Shown one piece after another: positions 56,901 to 64,000 of a stretch of 64,000 nt of DNA. The notes beneath the pieces were generated by a model. The model saw nothing but the letters and a program-made list of their open reading frames with translations. It did not search any database and was not told the origin of the DNA. The stretch lies in assembly GCA_039928925.1 (NCBI GenBank), contig JBDSSF010000001.1, forward strand, positions 267,837 to 331,836, given 5' to 3'. This DNA is from Candidatus Saccharimonadales bacterium. GTDB taxonomy: Bacteria; Patescibacteriota; Saccharimonadia; Saccharimonadales; Saccharimonadaceae. Every line of letters begins with the position of its first letter. The stretch's first letter is position 1. A program made the position numbers and the translations under genes.

Positions 56901-57333
56901 AGCACAAAACGGTGGACAGCGATTTGGTGAAATGGAAGTCTGGGCACTTGAGGCCTATGGTGCTGCAACAACGTTGCAGGAAATGCTTACTATTAAGTCA
57001 GACGATGTCTATGGTCGTGCTAAAGCATATGAATCAATTATCAAAAATGAACCAATCGTTGGTCCAAAACTACCTGAATCATTCAACGTTCTTGTAAAAG
57101 AGCTCCAGGGACTTGGTCTTCGTGTTGATCTTCTTGATGAGTCAGAGGACGCAGTCATTGATGCCGAGCAAGTCATTGCCGCATCAGGCCCAGCCGATAA
57201 AACTGTTCCAGTTGTACTTGATGATGATGTTGAAACAATCATGGACGAAGCAGACGCTGAAATGGACGACCTTGAAGAGGGAATTAGTATTCAGGATATT
57301 GATGAAATAGAAGAAATTAAGGAGGAGGCGTAA
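53980..57333 (+). CDS. rpoB: DNA-directed RNA polymerase subunit beta
   Basis: Universally conserved blocks (FVINGTERVVVSQL, SQLSQLLDETNPL, GRHGNKGVV, GEMEVWALEAYGAA); SD GAGGAG. Confidence 0.95.
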   Translation: MAKPTPSSAKRVFFTKDDTALPLPNLIAHQKDSWREFVETGLSEIFAELNPIEDYTGQKLELRFKQYAFQDPKTGEQDAKENNLTFDAPLHATVELTNKVTGEVKEQEIYLGDYPWMTDRGTFVINGTERVVVSQLIRSAGIFFTADAVVGRNNYGAKLIPGRGAWLEFETASNGTIYVKIDRRRKLPVTTLLRALGYNKTSEIKALFADTDTGDVKYIDATLEKDAARGANEALIEVYRRLRPGDLATVDNARTMIERMFFDFKRFDYSRVGRYKLNQRLGIDVPNTTENRVFQMTDLVAIIREIIRLNNTQDLPDDIDALSNRRVKLVGELVARQFRVGMLRMQRNAMDRMSMSDIENVTPGQLINARPVVAAVREFFASSQLSQLLDETNPLAELAHKRRLSSMGPGGLSRERAGFDVRDAHPTHYGRLCSVETPEGANIGLVLNLATYARVNEYGFIETPYLKVKNGKVSDEVVYLDASQEAVEVIADAGAELTDDNKFVAERVSARNGPLPEQVDVSEVTYMDAAHKQILGSTASLVPFVEKNRVDRSLMAASMQKQAVPLLDPESPVVGTGIEAELAKNTSQLVVAEGDGEVVRADGDEIHVKYKDGVKAYELVHFAKSNDDRSINQKVRVTRGQKVKAGDILIEGASVANGELALGRDLTVAFMPWNGYNMDDAIVLSDRIVKEDALTSINIKDYTVEVRETKLGPEIVTRDIPNVNEESLRHLDENGIVQIGSEVKSGDVLVGKITPKGEQELSSEERLLRAIFGEKAKDVRDTSQRMNNAGGGKVVGVKIFSRENGHELKAGVLMQIQIFVAQLRKISVGDKLAGRHGNKGVVARILPVEDMPFMEDGTAVDVVLNPLGIPSRMNMGQLFETHLGMAARALGYKVATPPFNGVPNETIGDELEKAGFARDGKSQLFDGRTGEAFEERTTVGVMHMLKLHHMVSDKIHARSTGPYTMVTQQPLGGKAQNGGQRFGEMEVWALEAYGAATTLQEMLTIKSDDVYGRAKAYESIIKNEPIVGPKLPESFNVLVKELQGLGLRVDLLDESEDAVIDAEQVIAASGPADKTVPVVLDDDVETIMDEADAEMDDLEEGISIQDIDEIEEIKEEA

Positions 57334-57334
57334 T

Positions 57335-60300
57335 ATGAGTCGCGTTATCGCCAACAACGGAATTGCCGACTTTGATGCAGTCCGACTTGCAGTTGCAAGT
57401 CCAGAGGACATCCTCAAATGGAGCAATGGTGAAGTCACAAAGCCTGAGACGATTAACTATCGTACTCAGAAGCCAGAACGAGATGGCTTGTTCTGCGAAA
57501 GAATCTTTGGCCCAGTCAAAGACATTAACCCACACGACAATAAACTAAAGGGTGTTCGTTCACGCGAAGCTGCGATTGATAAGAATGGTGAGCTTGTCAC
57601 TAAATCAATCGTGCGACGTGAACGCATGGCTCATATCAGCCTTGCCGCACCTGTTGCGCACATTTGGTTCATGCGCGGTACACCGAGTGCCATGTCACTA
57701 CTACTTGGTATTACTGTCCGCAACCTTGAACGCATTGCATACTTTGCAACATACGTTATCTTGAAATCGAACACTGAAAAACGTGATCAGTTCCTTGCTG
57801 ACCTTGAAGCTGAAACTGAAGCTGGCCGCATGGCAATTAAAATGCGTTATGAAAAAGAAGCCGACGTTGACGGTGCTGATATTAAAGAACTTGCACAGGC
57901 ACAGTCACGTGAAGTTGAAGAACTTAATGACAGTTACACTGTGAAAAAAGCACAGCTTGATAGCCTCATTAAAGGCGCTCTTATGAACGAAACTGATTAT
58001 CGTAATCTTCCTGAAGAATACGAAGAACTAGTTGAAGTTGGTATGGGTGGTACTGCACTTAAAGCTCTTCTTGATGAAATTGAACTACCGCAGCTCATCG
58101 CTCAGTTATCTGAAGAAGTTGCCGGCGCAAAAGGTCAACGAGAGAAGAAACTTCTTAAGCGCCTTAAGGTTCTTGAGGGTATGCTTGCAGCTGGTATCAA
58201 ACCAAACAGTCTTACGCTAACAGTTCTACCAGTTATTCCACCGGACCTTCGTCCAATGGTGCAGCTAACAGGTGGCCGTTTTGCGACATCAGACTTAAAT
58301 GATCTTTACCGACGTGTTATTAACCGTAACAACCGTCTAAAGAAACTCATAGACCTTAATGCACCTGAAGTTATCTGTCGAAATGAAATGCGTATGCTTC
58401 AAGAAGCAGTTGACGCACTTGTCGATAACAGTTCTGCTCGTGGTGGCCGCGCAGTGAATGCAACAGGTGGTCGCCGCCGCTTGAAATCAATCAGTGATAT
58501 GTTAAAGGGTAAACAGGGACGATTCCGCCAGAACCTTCTTGGTAAACGTGTGGATTACTCTGGACGTTCAGTTATTGTTGTTGGTCCAAAGCTTAAAATT
58601 AACCAATGTGGTCTGCCGAAGCAGATGGCTCTTGAATTATTCAAGCCATTCGTTATTAGCTGGTTGATTCGTGGCGAGCACGCACACAACATTCGTAGCG
58701 CGACTCGTTTAATTGAATCAGGTGATGCACTCGTATGGGACGCACTTGATGCTGTGATTGAGGGCAAGTACGTTCTTTTGAACCGTGCACCATCACTTCA
58801 CCGTCTATCAATTCAAGCATTCATGCCAAAACTAGTCGAAGGTAAAGCGATTCAGCTACACCCACTCGTTGCAAACGGATTTAATGCCGATTACGACGGT
58901 GACCAAATGGCTGTTCACTTGCCACTGTCAGATGACGCTCAGCGTGAAGCTCGCGAGCTCATGACAGCAACAAGAAACCTTCTAAAGCCTGCGGACGGTG
59001 CTCCAGTTCTAAGTATTGGACAGGATGTTGTTCTTGGTAACTATTACATTACATATGAAAAACCTAGTGCACAAACTGCTGCAGTTAAAGCATATAGCTC
59101 TGTTTATGAAGCTGAAATGGCATACGATCAAGGTGTTTTGCAACTTCAAAGCCCAATTCGTGTCCATACACGAGGTGAAATCCGTAATACAACTCTTGGT
59201 CGTGTTTTCTTCAATGAAATTCTACCAAAAGATTTCCCATACGATAACGGTGTTCAGAATAAGAAACAGTTGAAAAAAGTGCTTGCACAGATTTTCAACA
59301 TGTACGATGCTGAAACGACCGCTCAGACTGCAGACCGTATGAAAGGTCTTGCCTTCCGATTTGCAACAATCGCCGCAGTTTCAACAGGTATGGATGACTA
59401 CATCAGCTTCGACGAGACTGCAGAGTTTATCGCTGAAGGTGATGCTAAGACGACACTTATATCTGAGCAATTCGACGAAGGTCTTATTACAGAGGAAGAA
59501 CGATACAGCCTTACTGTTGGCGCATGGCGTGGTGTTGACCGTCAGATTACTGAATTCCTACAACAACAAATGAAGAACATGGATACGAGTATTAGTGTCA
59601 TGGTCAACTCTGGTGCGCGTGGTGATATTAGTAACATTAAGCTTGCTAGTGCCATGGTCGGTATCATGGTGGATGCAACAAACCGTGAAATCGAACTTCC
59701 TATTCGATCAAGCTATAAAAAAGGACTAAGCTCACTTGAATCATTCGTGGCAACACGTGGTGCTCGTAAGGGTCTGATCGATACAGCGCTTAAGACAGCT
59801 GACTCAGGTTACCTGACTCGTCGTCTTGTTGATGTGTCACAGGACGTGTTCACTGTTGCTGATCAACCTGATAGTGATGATGGTTTTGCTATCCAACGTT
59901 CAGAGTCAGAACTCACTATGATCGACTTCGGTAACCGTCTCTTTGGTCGTTACACTGCAGAAGCTGTCGGAGACTATATTAAGAAAGACGAGCTGATCAC
60001 ACGTGAAATCGCAGATGCAATTCACAATGATGCAAGCATTACTGAAGTAAAAATTCAATCAGTTCTATCAACCAAGAACCTACGCGGTATTCCAACAAAG
60101 AGTTACGGTATCGATATGGCAACAGGCCACCTCGTTGCTGCTGCTCAACCTGTTGGTGTTATTGCTGCACAATCTGTCGGTGAGCCTGGTACACAGCTTA
60201 CGCTTCGTACCTTCCATGCCGGTGGTGTTGCTGGTGGTGACATTACGCAAGGTCTTCCTCGTGTTGAAGAGTTGTTTGAAGCCCGCTCACCAAAAGGTCA

Positions 60301-61168
60301 AGCGTTTATGACTGAACTTGCAGGAACAGTAGATGTTTGGGAAGATGGCAAAAAATATATTGTCCAAGTCACTCCATCTGTTGGTCACGTCGAACGTATC
60401 CCACTTGGTGGCCGTACGGTGACTGTTAAAGCCGGTAGCAACGTCAAGGTTGGTGATGTGCTTGCAACTGGTGAAAGCGAAAGCAAGCCACTTGTTGCAC
60501 CATTCGACGGAGTCGTTGAAGTTGCGGAAAATACATTAGTTCTCGCTGCTAACGCTGGCGCGCCTGTTCGTTACGAAGTGCCAGGCACAACTCAGCTTGT
60601 TGTTAAAGCTAACGACCAAGTTGAAGCAGGTGATCGTCTAACGATAGGTTCGCTCAACCTACACGACCTCATGCGTCTTAAAGGAACTGAGGCAACTCAG
60701 CGCTATATCATCAACGAAGTGCTTCGTATTTACGCAGCACAGGGACAAGATGTTGCAGATAAGCACCTTGAGATCATCGTTCGACAGATGTTTAGTCGTG
60801 TTCAGATCGAAGATCCAGGTGACAGCGCATTTGTAACTGGCGACATTGTCAGTAAAGCATCTGTCGTTGAAGCGAACGCGAAACTTGTCGAAGAAGGTAT
60901 GACTGAACTAGTTGGCTACACTCAACTGCTTCTTGGTATTACTAAGGTGTCAATCTGGAGCGATAGCTGGCTATCAGCTGCATCATTCCAGGATACGACT
61001 CGTGTATTAATCAACGCTGCCGTCAGTGGCCGCGCTGACCGACTCCATGGCCTAAAGGAGAATGTGATCATTGGTCGCAAGATCCCAGTTGGTACTGGTG
61101 CTCGGGACCTCGTTGAAAACGAAGTTTCAGAGGAAGATATCGCAAACGATTTCGAACTCGCAGCCTAG
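57335..61168 (+). CDS. rpoC: DNA-directed RNA polymerase subunit beta'
   Basis: NADYDGDQMAVH catalytic motif, LLGKRVDYSGRSVIVVGP, bridge helix/trigger loop blocks. Confidence 0.95.
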   Translation: MSRVIANNGIADFDAVRLAVASPEDILKWSNGEVTKPETINYRTQKPERDGLFCERIFGPVKDINPHDNKLKGVRSREAAIDKNGELVTKSIVRRERMAHISLAAPVAHIWFMRGTPSAMSLLLGITVRNLERIAYFATYVILKSNTEKRDQFLADLEAETEAGRMAIKMRYEKEADVDGADIKELAQAQSREVEELNDSYTVKKAQLDSLIKGALMNETDYRNLPEEYEELVEVGMGGTALKALLDEIELPQLIAQLSEEVAGAKGQREKKLLKRLKVLEGMLAAGIKPNSLTLTVLPVIPPDLRPMVQLTGGRFATSDLNDLYRRVINRNNRLKKLIDLNAPEVICRNEMRMLQEAVDALVDNSSARGGRAVNATGGRRRLKSISDMLKGKQGRFRQNLLGKRVDYSGRSVIVVGPKLKINQCGLPKQMALELFKPFVISWLIRGEHAHNIRSATRLIESGDALVWDALDAVIEGKYVLLNRAPSLHRLSIQAFMPKLVEGKAIQLHPLVANGFNADYDGDQMAVHLPLSDDAQREARELMTATRNLLKPADGAPVLSIGQDVVLGNYYITYEKPSAQTAAVKAYSSVYEAEMAYDQGVLQLQSPIRVHTRGEIRNTTLGRVFFNEILPKDFPYDNGVQNKKQLKKVLAQIFNMYDAETTAQTADRMKGLAFRFATIAAVSTGMDDYISFDETAEFIAEGDAKTTLISEQFDEGLITEEERYSLTVGAWRGVDRQITEFLQQQMKNMDTSISVMVNSGARGDISNIKLASAMVGIMVDATNREIELPIRSSYKKGLSSLESFVATRGARKGLIDTALKTADSGYLTRRLVDVSQDVFTVADQPDSDDGFAIQRSESELTMIDFGNRLFGRYTAEAVGDYIKKDELITREIADAIHNDASITEVKIQSVLSTKNLRGIPTKSYGIDMATGHLVAAAQPVGVIAAQSVGEPGTQLTLRTFHAGGVAGGDITQGLPRVEELFEARSPKGQAFMTELAGTVDVWEDGKKYIVQVTPSVGHVERIPLGGRTVTVKAGSNVKVGDVLATGESESKPLVAPFDGVVEVAENTLVLAANAGAPVRYEVPGTTQLVVKANDQVEAGDRLTIGSLNLHDLMRLKGTEATQRYIINEVLRIYAAQGQDVADKHLEIIVRQMFSRVQIEDPGDSAFVTGDIVSKASVVEANAKLVEEGMTELVGYTQLLLGITKVSIWSDSWLSAASFQDTTRVLINAAVSGRADRLHGLKENVIIGRKIPVGTGARDLVENEVSEEDIANDFELAA

Positions 61169-61184
61169 TATCTGCAAGATATAA

Positions 61185-61214
61185 ACAACCCGCTCAGATG
61201 AGCGGGTTGTTTTA
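61185..61214 (+). terminator. Terminator after rpoC
   Basis: AACCCGCT-N6-AGCGGGTT followed by GTTTT. Confidence 0.7.
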
Positions 61215-61287
61215 GTATAATATATATGATATAATATTAAATGGATTAATGTAGCTACGGTGCTACGCCATACAGAGAGGTGTTTAC

Positions 61288-61572
61288 ATGACACATCCGT
61301 TTGGAGAGAAGTTGTCAACGAGTGGTGACACTCGGCCACTACCGATTACCGTCCCCGGTCGAACGCGGTACCAGCAGTATATCCACCGGAGAACCAAGCA
61401 TCTCTTCGGTGACGTGCCTGGCTTCCTGTACGAGATCAAGAACGGTCGCTATAGCCAGGCATGTGTGATCTTGGATGCACACCTCGCGTCGACGACCCGG
61501 ATCACACAACTGGACCGGAGGATTGCAGCCAGTTGGCTGCGCAAGCACCGGTCCTACTACCCCAACAACTGA
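61288..61572 (+). CDS. Hypothetical 94-aa basic protein, high-GC cassette (strand assignment tentative)
   Basis: GAGAGGTG 6 nt upstream of the ATG; a mirror ORF of equal length exists on the minus strand. Confidence 0.4.
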   Translation: MTHPFGEKLSTSGDTRPLPITVPGRTRYQQYIHRRTKHLFGDVPGFLYEIKNGRYSQACVILDAHLASTTRITQLDRRIAASWLRKHRSYYPNN

Positions 61573-61577
61573 GTCAA

Positions 61578-61656
61578 CGAAAATGAGCATGCCGAATCGG
61601 CTCGACCATTGTGGTCGCCGCATTCACGCGAGCCTTTTCGGTGGCTCATTTTTCGT
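61578..61656. other. Long nested hairpin (~24 bp in three stem segments) between convergent genes
   Basis: AACGAAAATGAGC..CCGAA..GGCTCG-loop-CGAGCC..TTCGG..GCTCATTTTTCGTT. Confidence 0.5.
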
Positions 61657-62132
61657 TAGTAATTGCCAGCTCCCTGAAGTCCAGTAGTGATAAGGCTTAT
61701 TATTGGCCCCGCAATGAAACCAAGTCCAATCACAACAAGAGACGCTATCGTAAGTACTTTTGGTGTACCTGTAGGTTTTCTCTTTGTAAGAAAAAGAATA
61801 TCAAGAACAATAGCTCCCACGGATACGATCATATCAAGGACACCAATAAAAGCTAAAATAATAAAAGCGACTACAATCGCTCCAAGTGAATCTGAAAATC
61901 CTTTTAATACGCCAGATACAGCAAGAATAAATCCTACAATAAGAAGTATCACGAATCCGAAATGGACGCAGTTTACAATAAGCGTCCAAAGTCTTAAGTG
62001 GTCGGTATTTGTTGGTTTAGCTGAAGATACCTGGACTGTAGAAGTACTAACAGCAGGAGCTATCGAAACTTCTGTAGGTTCTGGCATTGTTGGTGGCATA
62101 TAAGGTGGAGGAGTAGGTGGGCTTTGATCCAT
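61656..62132 (-). CDS. Hypothetical membrane protein with Pro-rich N-terminus (158 aa)
   Basis: MDQSPPTPPPYMPPTMPEP followed by four hydrophobic helices. Confidence 0.55.
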   Translation of the reverse strand: MDQSPPTPPPYMPPTMPEPTEVSIAPAVSTSTVQVSSAKPTNTDHLRLWTLIVNCVHFGFVILLIVGFILAVSGVLKGFSDSLGAIVVAFIILAFIGVLDMIVSVGAIVLDILFLTKRKPTGTPKVLTIASLVVIGLGFIAGPIISLITTGLQGAGNY

Positions 62133-62348
62133 AATACCTTAAGTATACCACTGAGCGCGTGAACATTGCATATAGCACTCAAATTTGGTATAGTAACAAG
62201 TGAGTTTCCTCTGTTTGGATTACTTGGTGTATTGAATGTGTACACACCAGGTAGACGCTAAGCAGGACGACATAGCGAGGCGATGCTGAAGCCAGACTAT
62301 ACACGAGATACATCTTATCTCAAATAATGTGAATTAACAGGAGTATTA

Positions 62349-62762
62349 ATGCCAACAATCAACCAATTGGTGCGAAAACCACGCAAGATTGCTATTAAAA
62401 AAAGTAAGTCTCCTGCGCTCGGTCGTATCCACAATGCACTAAAGACTCGTTACTACGATCAAGATGCTCCACTAAAACGTGGCGTATGTATCAAAGTAAC
62501 GACTAAAACACCTAAGAAACCGAACTCTGCACTTCGTAAAGTCGCTCGTGTGCGTCTTACAAATGGTCAAGAAGTTTGGGCATACATTGGCGGCGAAGGT
62601 CATAACCTTCAGGAACACGCTGTTGTGCTTGTTCGTGGTGGCCGTGTTCCAGATCTTCCAGGTGTTCGTTACCACATCGTTCGTGGTGCGCTTGACCTTC
62701 AAGGTGTTGCAAAACGCCAACAAGGCCGCTCTAAATATGGCGCTAAAAAGGAGGACAAGTAA
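62349..62762 (+). CDS. rpsL: 30S ribosomal protein S12
   Basis: [12 protein letters not shown]..., [35 protein letters not shown]. Confidence 0.95.
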   Translation: MPTINQLVRKPRKIAIKKSKSPALGRIHNALKTRYYDQDAPLKRGVCIKVTTKTPKKPNSALRKVARVRLTNGQEVWAYIGGEGHNLQEHAVVLVRGGRVPDLPGVRYHIVRGALDLQGVAKRQQGRSKYGAKKEDK

Positions 62763-63241
62763 TGCCTCGTAAAGTAACTAAGTCGCTACAGCGCATTCCA
62801 GGTCCAGATCGTAAATATCAGAGTCCAATGGTACAACGACTTATCAACAAATCAATGATTGATGGTAAGAAATCTATCGCTGAGTCAGCAGTTTACTCAG
62901 CACTTGAAATAGCTGCAAAAAAACTTGACTCTGAGGATCCACTTGAAGTCTTTGAGCGCGCTCTAAAAAACATCTCACCAAACTTCGAGGTTAAATCTCG
63001 TCGTGTTGGTGGCGCAAACTACCAGATTCCATTCCCAGTTTCTGGTCATCGCCAATTACACTATGCATTTAGCTGGTTGGTTCAGTCTGCCCGCGGTCGT
63101 AAAGGTATCCCATATTCACAGCGCTTAGCGCTTGAAATTGTTGATGCATACAACCAAGCAGGTGCTGCATACAAGAAAAAAGAAGATACCCACAAAATGG
63201 CCGAAGCAAACCGTGCTTTCGCTCACTTTGCTCGAACATAG
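62762..63241 (+). CDS. rpsG: 30S ribosomal protein S7
   Basis: MPRK..., DGKKSIAESAVYSALE, VKSRRVGGANYQIP, AEANRAFAHF. Confidence 0.95.
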   Translation: MPRKVTKSLQRIPGPDRKYQSPMVQRLINKSMIDGKKSIAESAVYSALEIAAKKLDSEDPLEVFERALKNISPNFEVKSRRVGGANYQIPFPVSGHRQLHYAFSWLVQSARGRKGIPYSQRLALEIVDAYNQAGAAYKKKEDTHKMAEANRAFAHFART

Positions 63242-63265
63242 TAATATATTCGATGTTTCTTCACA

Positions 63266-63299
63266 AAATACCCGCTACGAATATGTGGCGGGTATTTTA
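63266..63299 (+). terminator. Terminator after rpsG
   Basis: AATACCCGC-N12-GCGGGTATT followed by TTAT. Confidence 0.65.
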
Positions 63300-63358
63300 T
63301 GTAAGTATACCTGAGCACGGTTGCATAAGTCTTTGACATAGAATAGGATATATAGTAT

Positions 63359-64000
63359 ATGAGTGAAAATGAATTTTCGATGCCAGATATGGATAGATCT
63401 TCTGTCGATAAATCATTTGGTGATATCACAAGACCACACGGAGCTATGCCAGACCTAGATATCGACTTTATGACACTCACAAGAGATGATGCGGCATTCG
63501 AGCGATATCTAGAAAACGCACCGTCAATAGTCACTGCACTGGATACTCAGAACGCCTTGAAAGATGTTGTATGGTCAAATGAAAAAGAGCTGACCACTGT
63601 GATGGATCAACTCGTTCGAGATCTTACGAGACGCGCAAGAGCAGATCTGTTGATCGGTGAATTAGTTATTATAAGTGGAACGACTCTCGTCCTTCCTCAG
63701 GGTGAAAAAAATGATATACGAGAAGGTGTTAGTTTTTATCCACGCAATATTGAATCTGATGAATTTGTCCCACAGCTTATTACTGGCCAGTCAGGTAGGT
63801 TTTATAGCTTTTATTATAGAATAGTTGAAAATCCAAACAACACATATAGTGCAAGGATTGTCTACAGAGTTTCCGTTGGAGAATCTGATACACCGTTTCA
63901 ACATACGTTCGTGTGCGCGTCAGCAGATGTAGACTACACAACAAGATTGGAGTTCGATAAAGATGAAATAAATCGAGATGTCCGTGACGCTAAAGATGTG
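63359..64000 (+). CDS. Hypothetical protein, 3' end cut by window edge
   Basis: Open frame from ATG 63359 to the window end (214 codons, no stop); not in the ORF track because it is unterminated. Confidence 0.45.
   Translation, partial: MSENEFSMPDMDRSSVDKSFGDITRPHGAMPDLDIDFMTLTRDDAAFERYLENAPSIVTALDTQNALKDVVWSNEKELTTVMDQLVRDLTRRARADLLIGELVIISGTTLVLPQGEKNDIREGVSFYPRNIESDEFVPQLITGQSGRFYSFYYRIVENPNNTYSARIVYRVSVGESDTPFQHTFVCASADVDYTTRLEFDKDEINRDVRDAKDV

Noticed and set aside
61339-61623. 94-aa minus-strand mirror ORF in the cassette after rpoC
   Set aside because: Not firmly excluded. I favoured the plus strand because of the GAGAGGTG RBS and the rpoC-side promoter-like AT-rich region. The strand call remains tentative.
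61687-62103. 138-aa plus-strand ORF opposite the Pro-rich membrane protein gene
   Set aside because: Its composition looks like antisense of TM-helix coding sequence. The minus frame gives four clean hydrophobic helices.
1-64000. CRISPR arrays, rRNA genes, tmRNA, RNase P RNA, SRP RNA, IS elements/transposases
   Set aside because: I found no regularly spaced direct repeats and no signature motifs such as a tmRNA tRNA-like end, RNase P GGAAAGUCCGG or SRP GGAA/AGCA domain IV. The only recombinase gene is the serine integrase at 40234..41895.

Overview
Low-GC (hand count 20/60 G+C at 12361-12420), tightly packed bacterial chromosome segment using the standard genetic code. The conserved backbone is rplS(partial)-rnhB, pepN, tgt, nusA, clpC-radA-PIN/TRAM(yacL-like), PBP1A, tyrS-recG-rsmD, two tRNA-Leu genes, trmH, hisS, tig-clpP, rpoB-rpoC and rpsL-rpsG. 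Gene content, compactness and the many orphan ORFs suggest a small-genome Gram-positive-type lineage, possibly Saccharibacteria/CPR-like; this assignment is inference only. Four things stand out from this backbone. (1) A ~7.5 kb integrative element sits at the 3' end of tRNA-Leu(CAG). It carries a large serine recombinase, a small-terminase-like protein, no recognisable structural genes, and a coupled nuclease-like + DUF4238 cargo pair, so it looks like a phage satellite or defence island. (2) At least seven high-GC single-gene cassettes, including a vWA + TerD pair, are wedged between housekeeping genes. Each has an AT-rich promoter and a GC-rich hairpin, which suggests piecemeal capture of foreign high-GC DNA. 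(3) An accessory block at 7.3-14.7 kb holds an ORF with colicin-type HNH motif spacing, followed by tandem acidic paralogs whose promoters have identical geometry. (4) Regulatory signals include perfect CIRCE (HrcA) operators built around the -35 boxes of clpC and clpP, widespread -10-N6-ATG (leaderless-type) starts, a terminator in the nusA leader, and a ~230-nt promoter-to-terminator RNA candidate. I found no CRISPR array and no rRNA. All functional calls rest on motif recognition by eye, with no database search.
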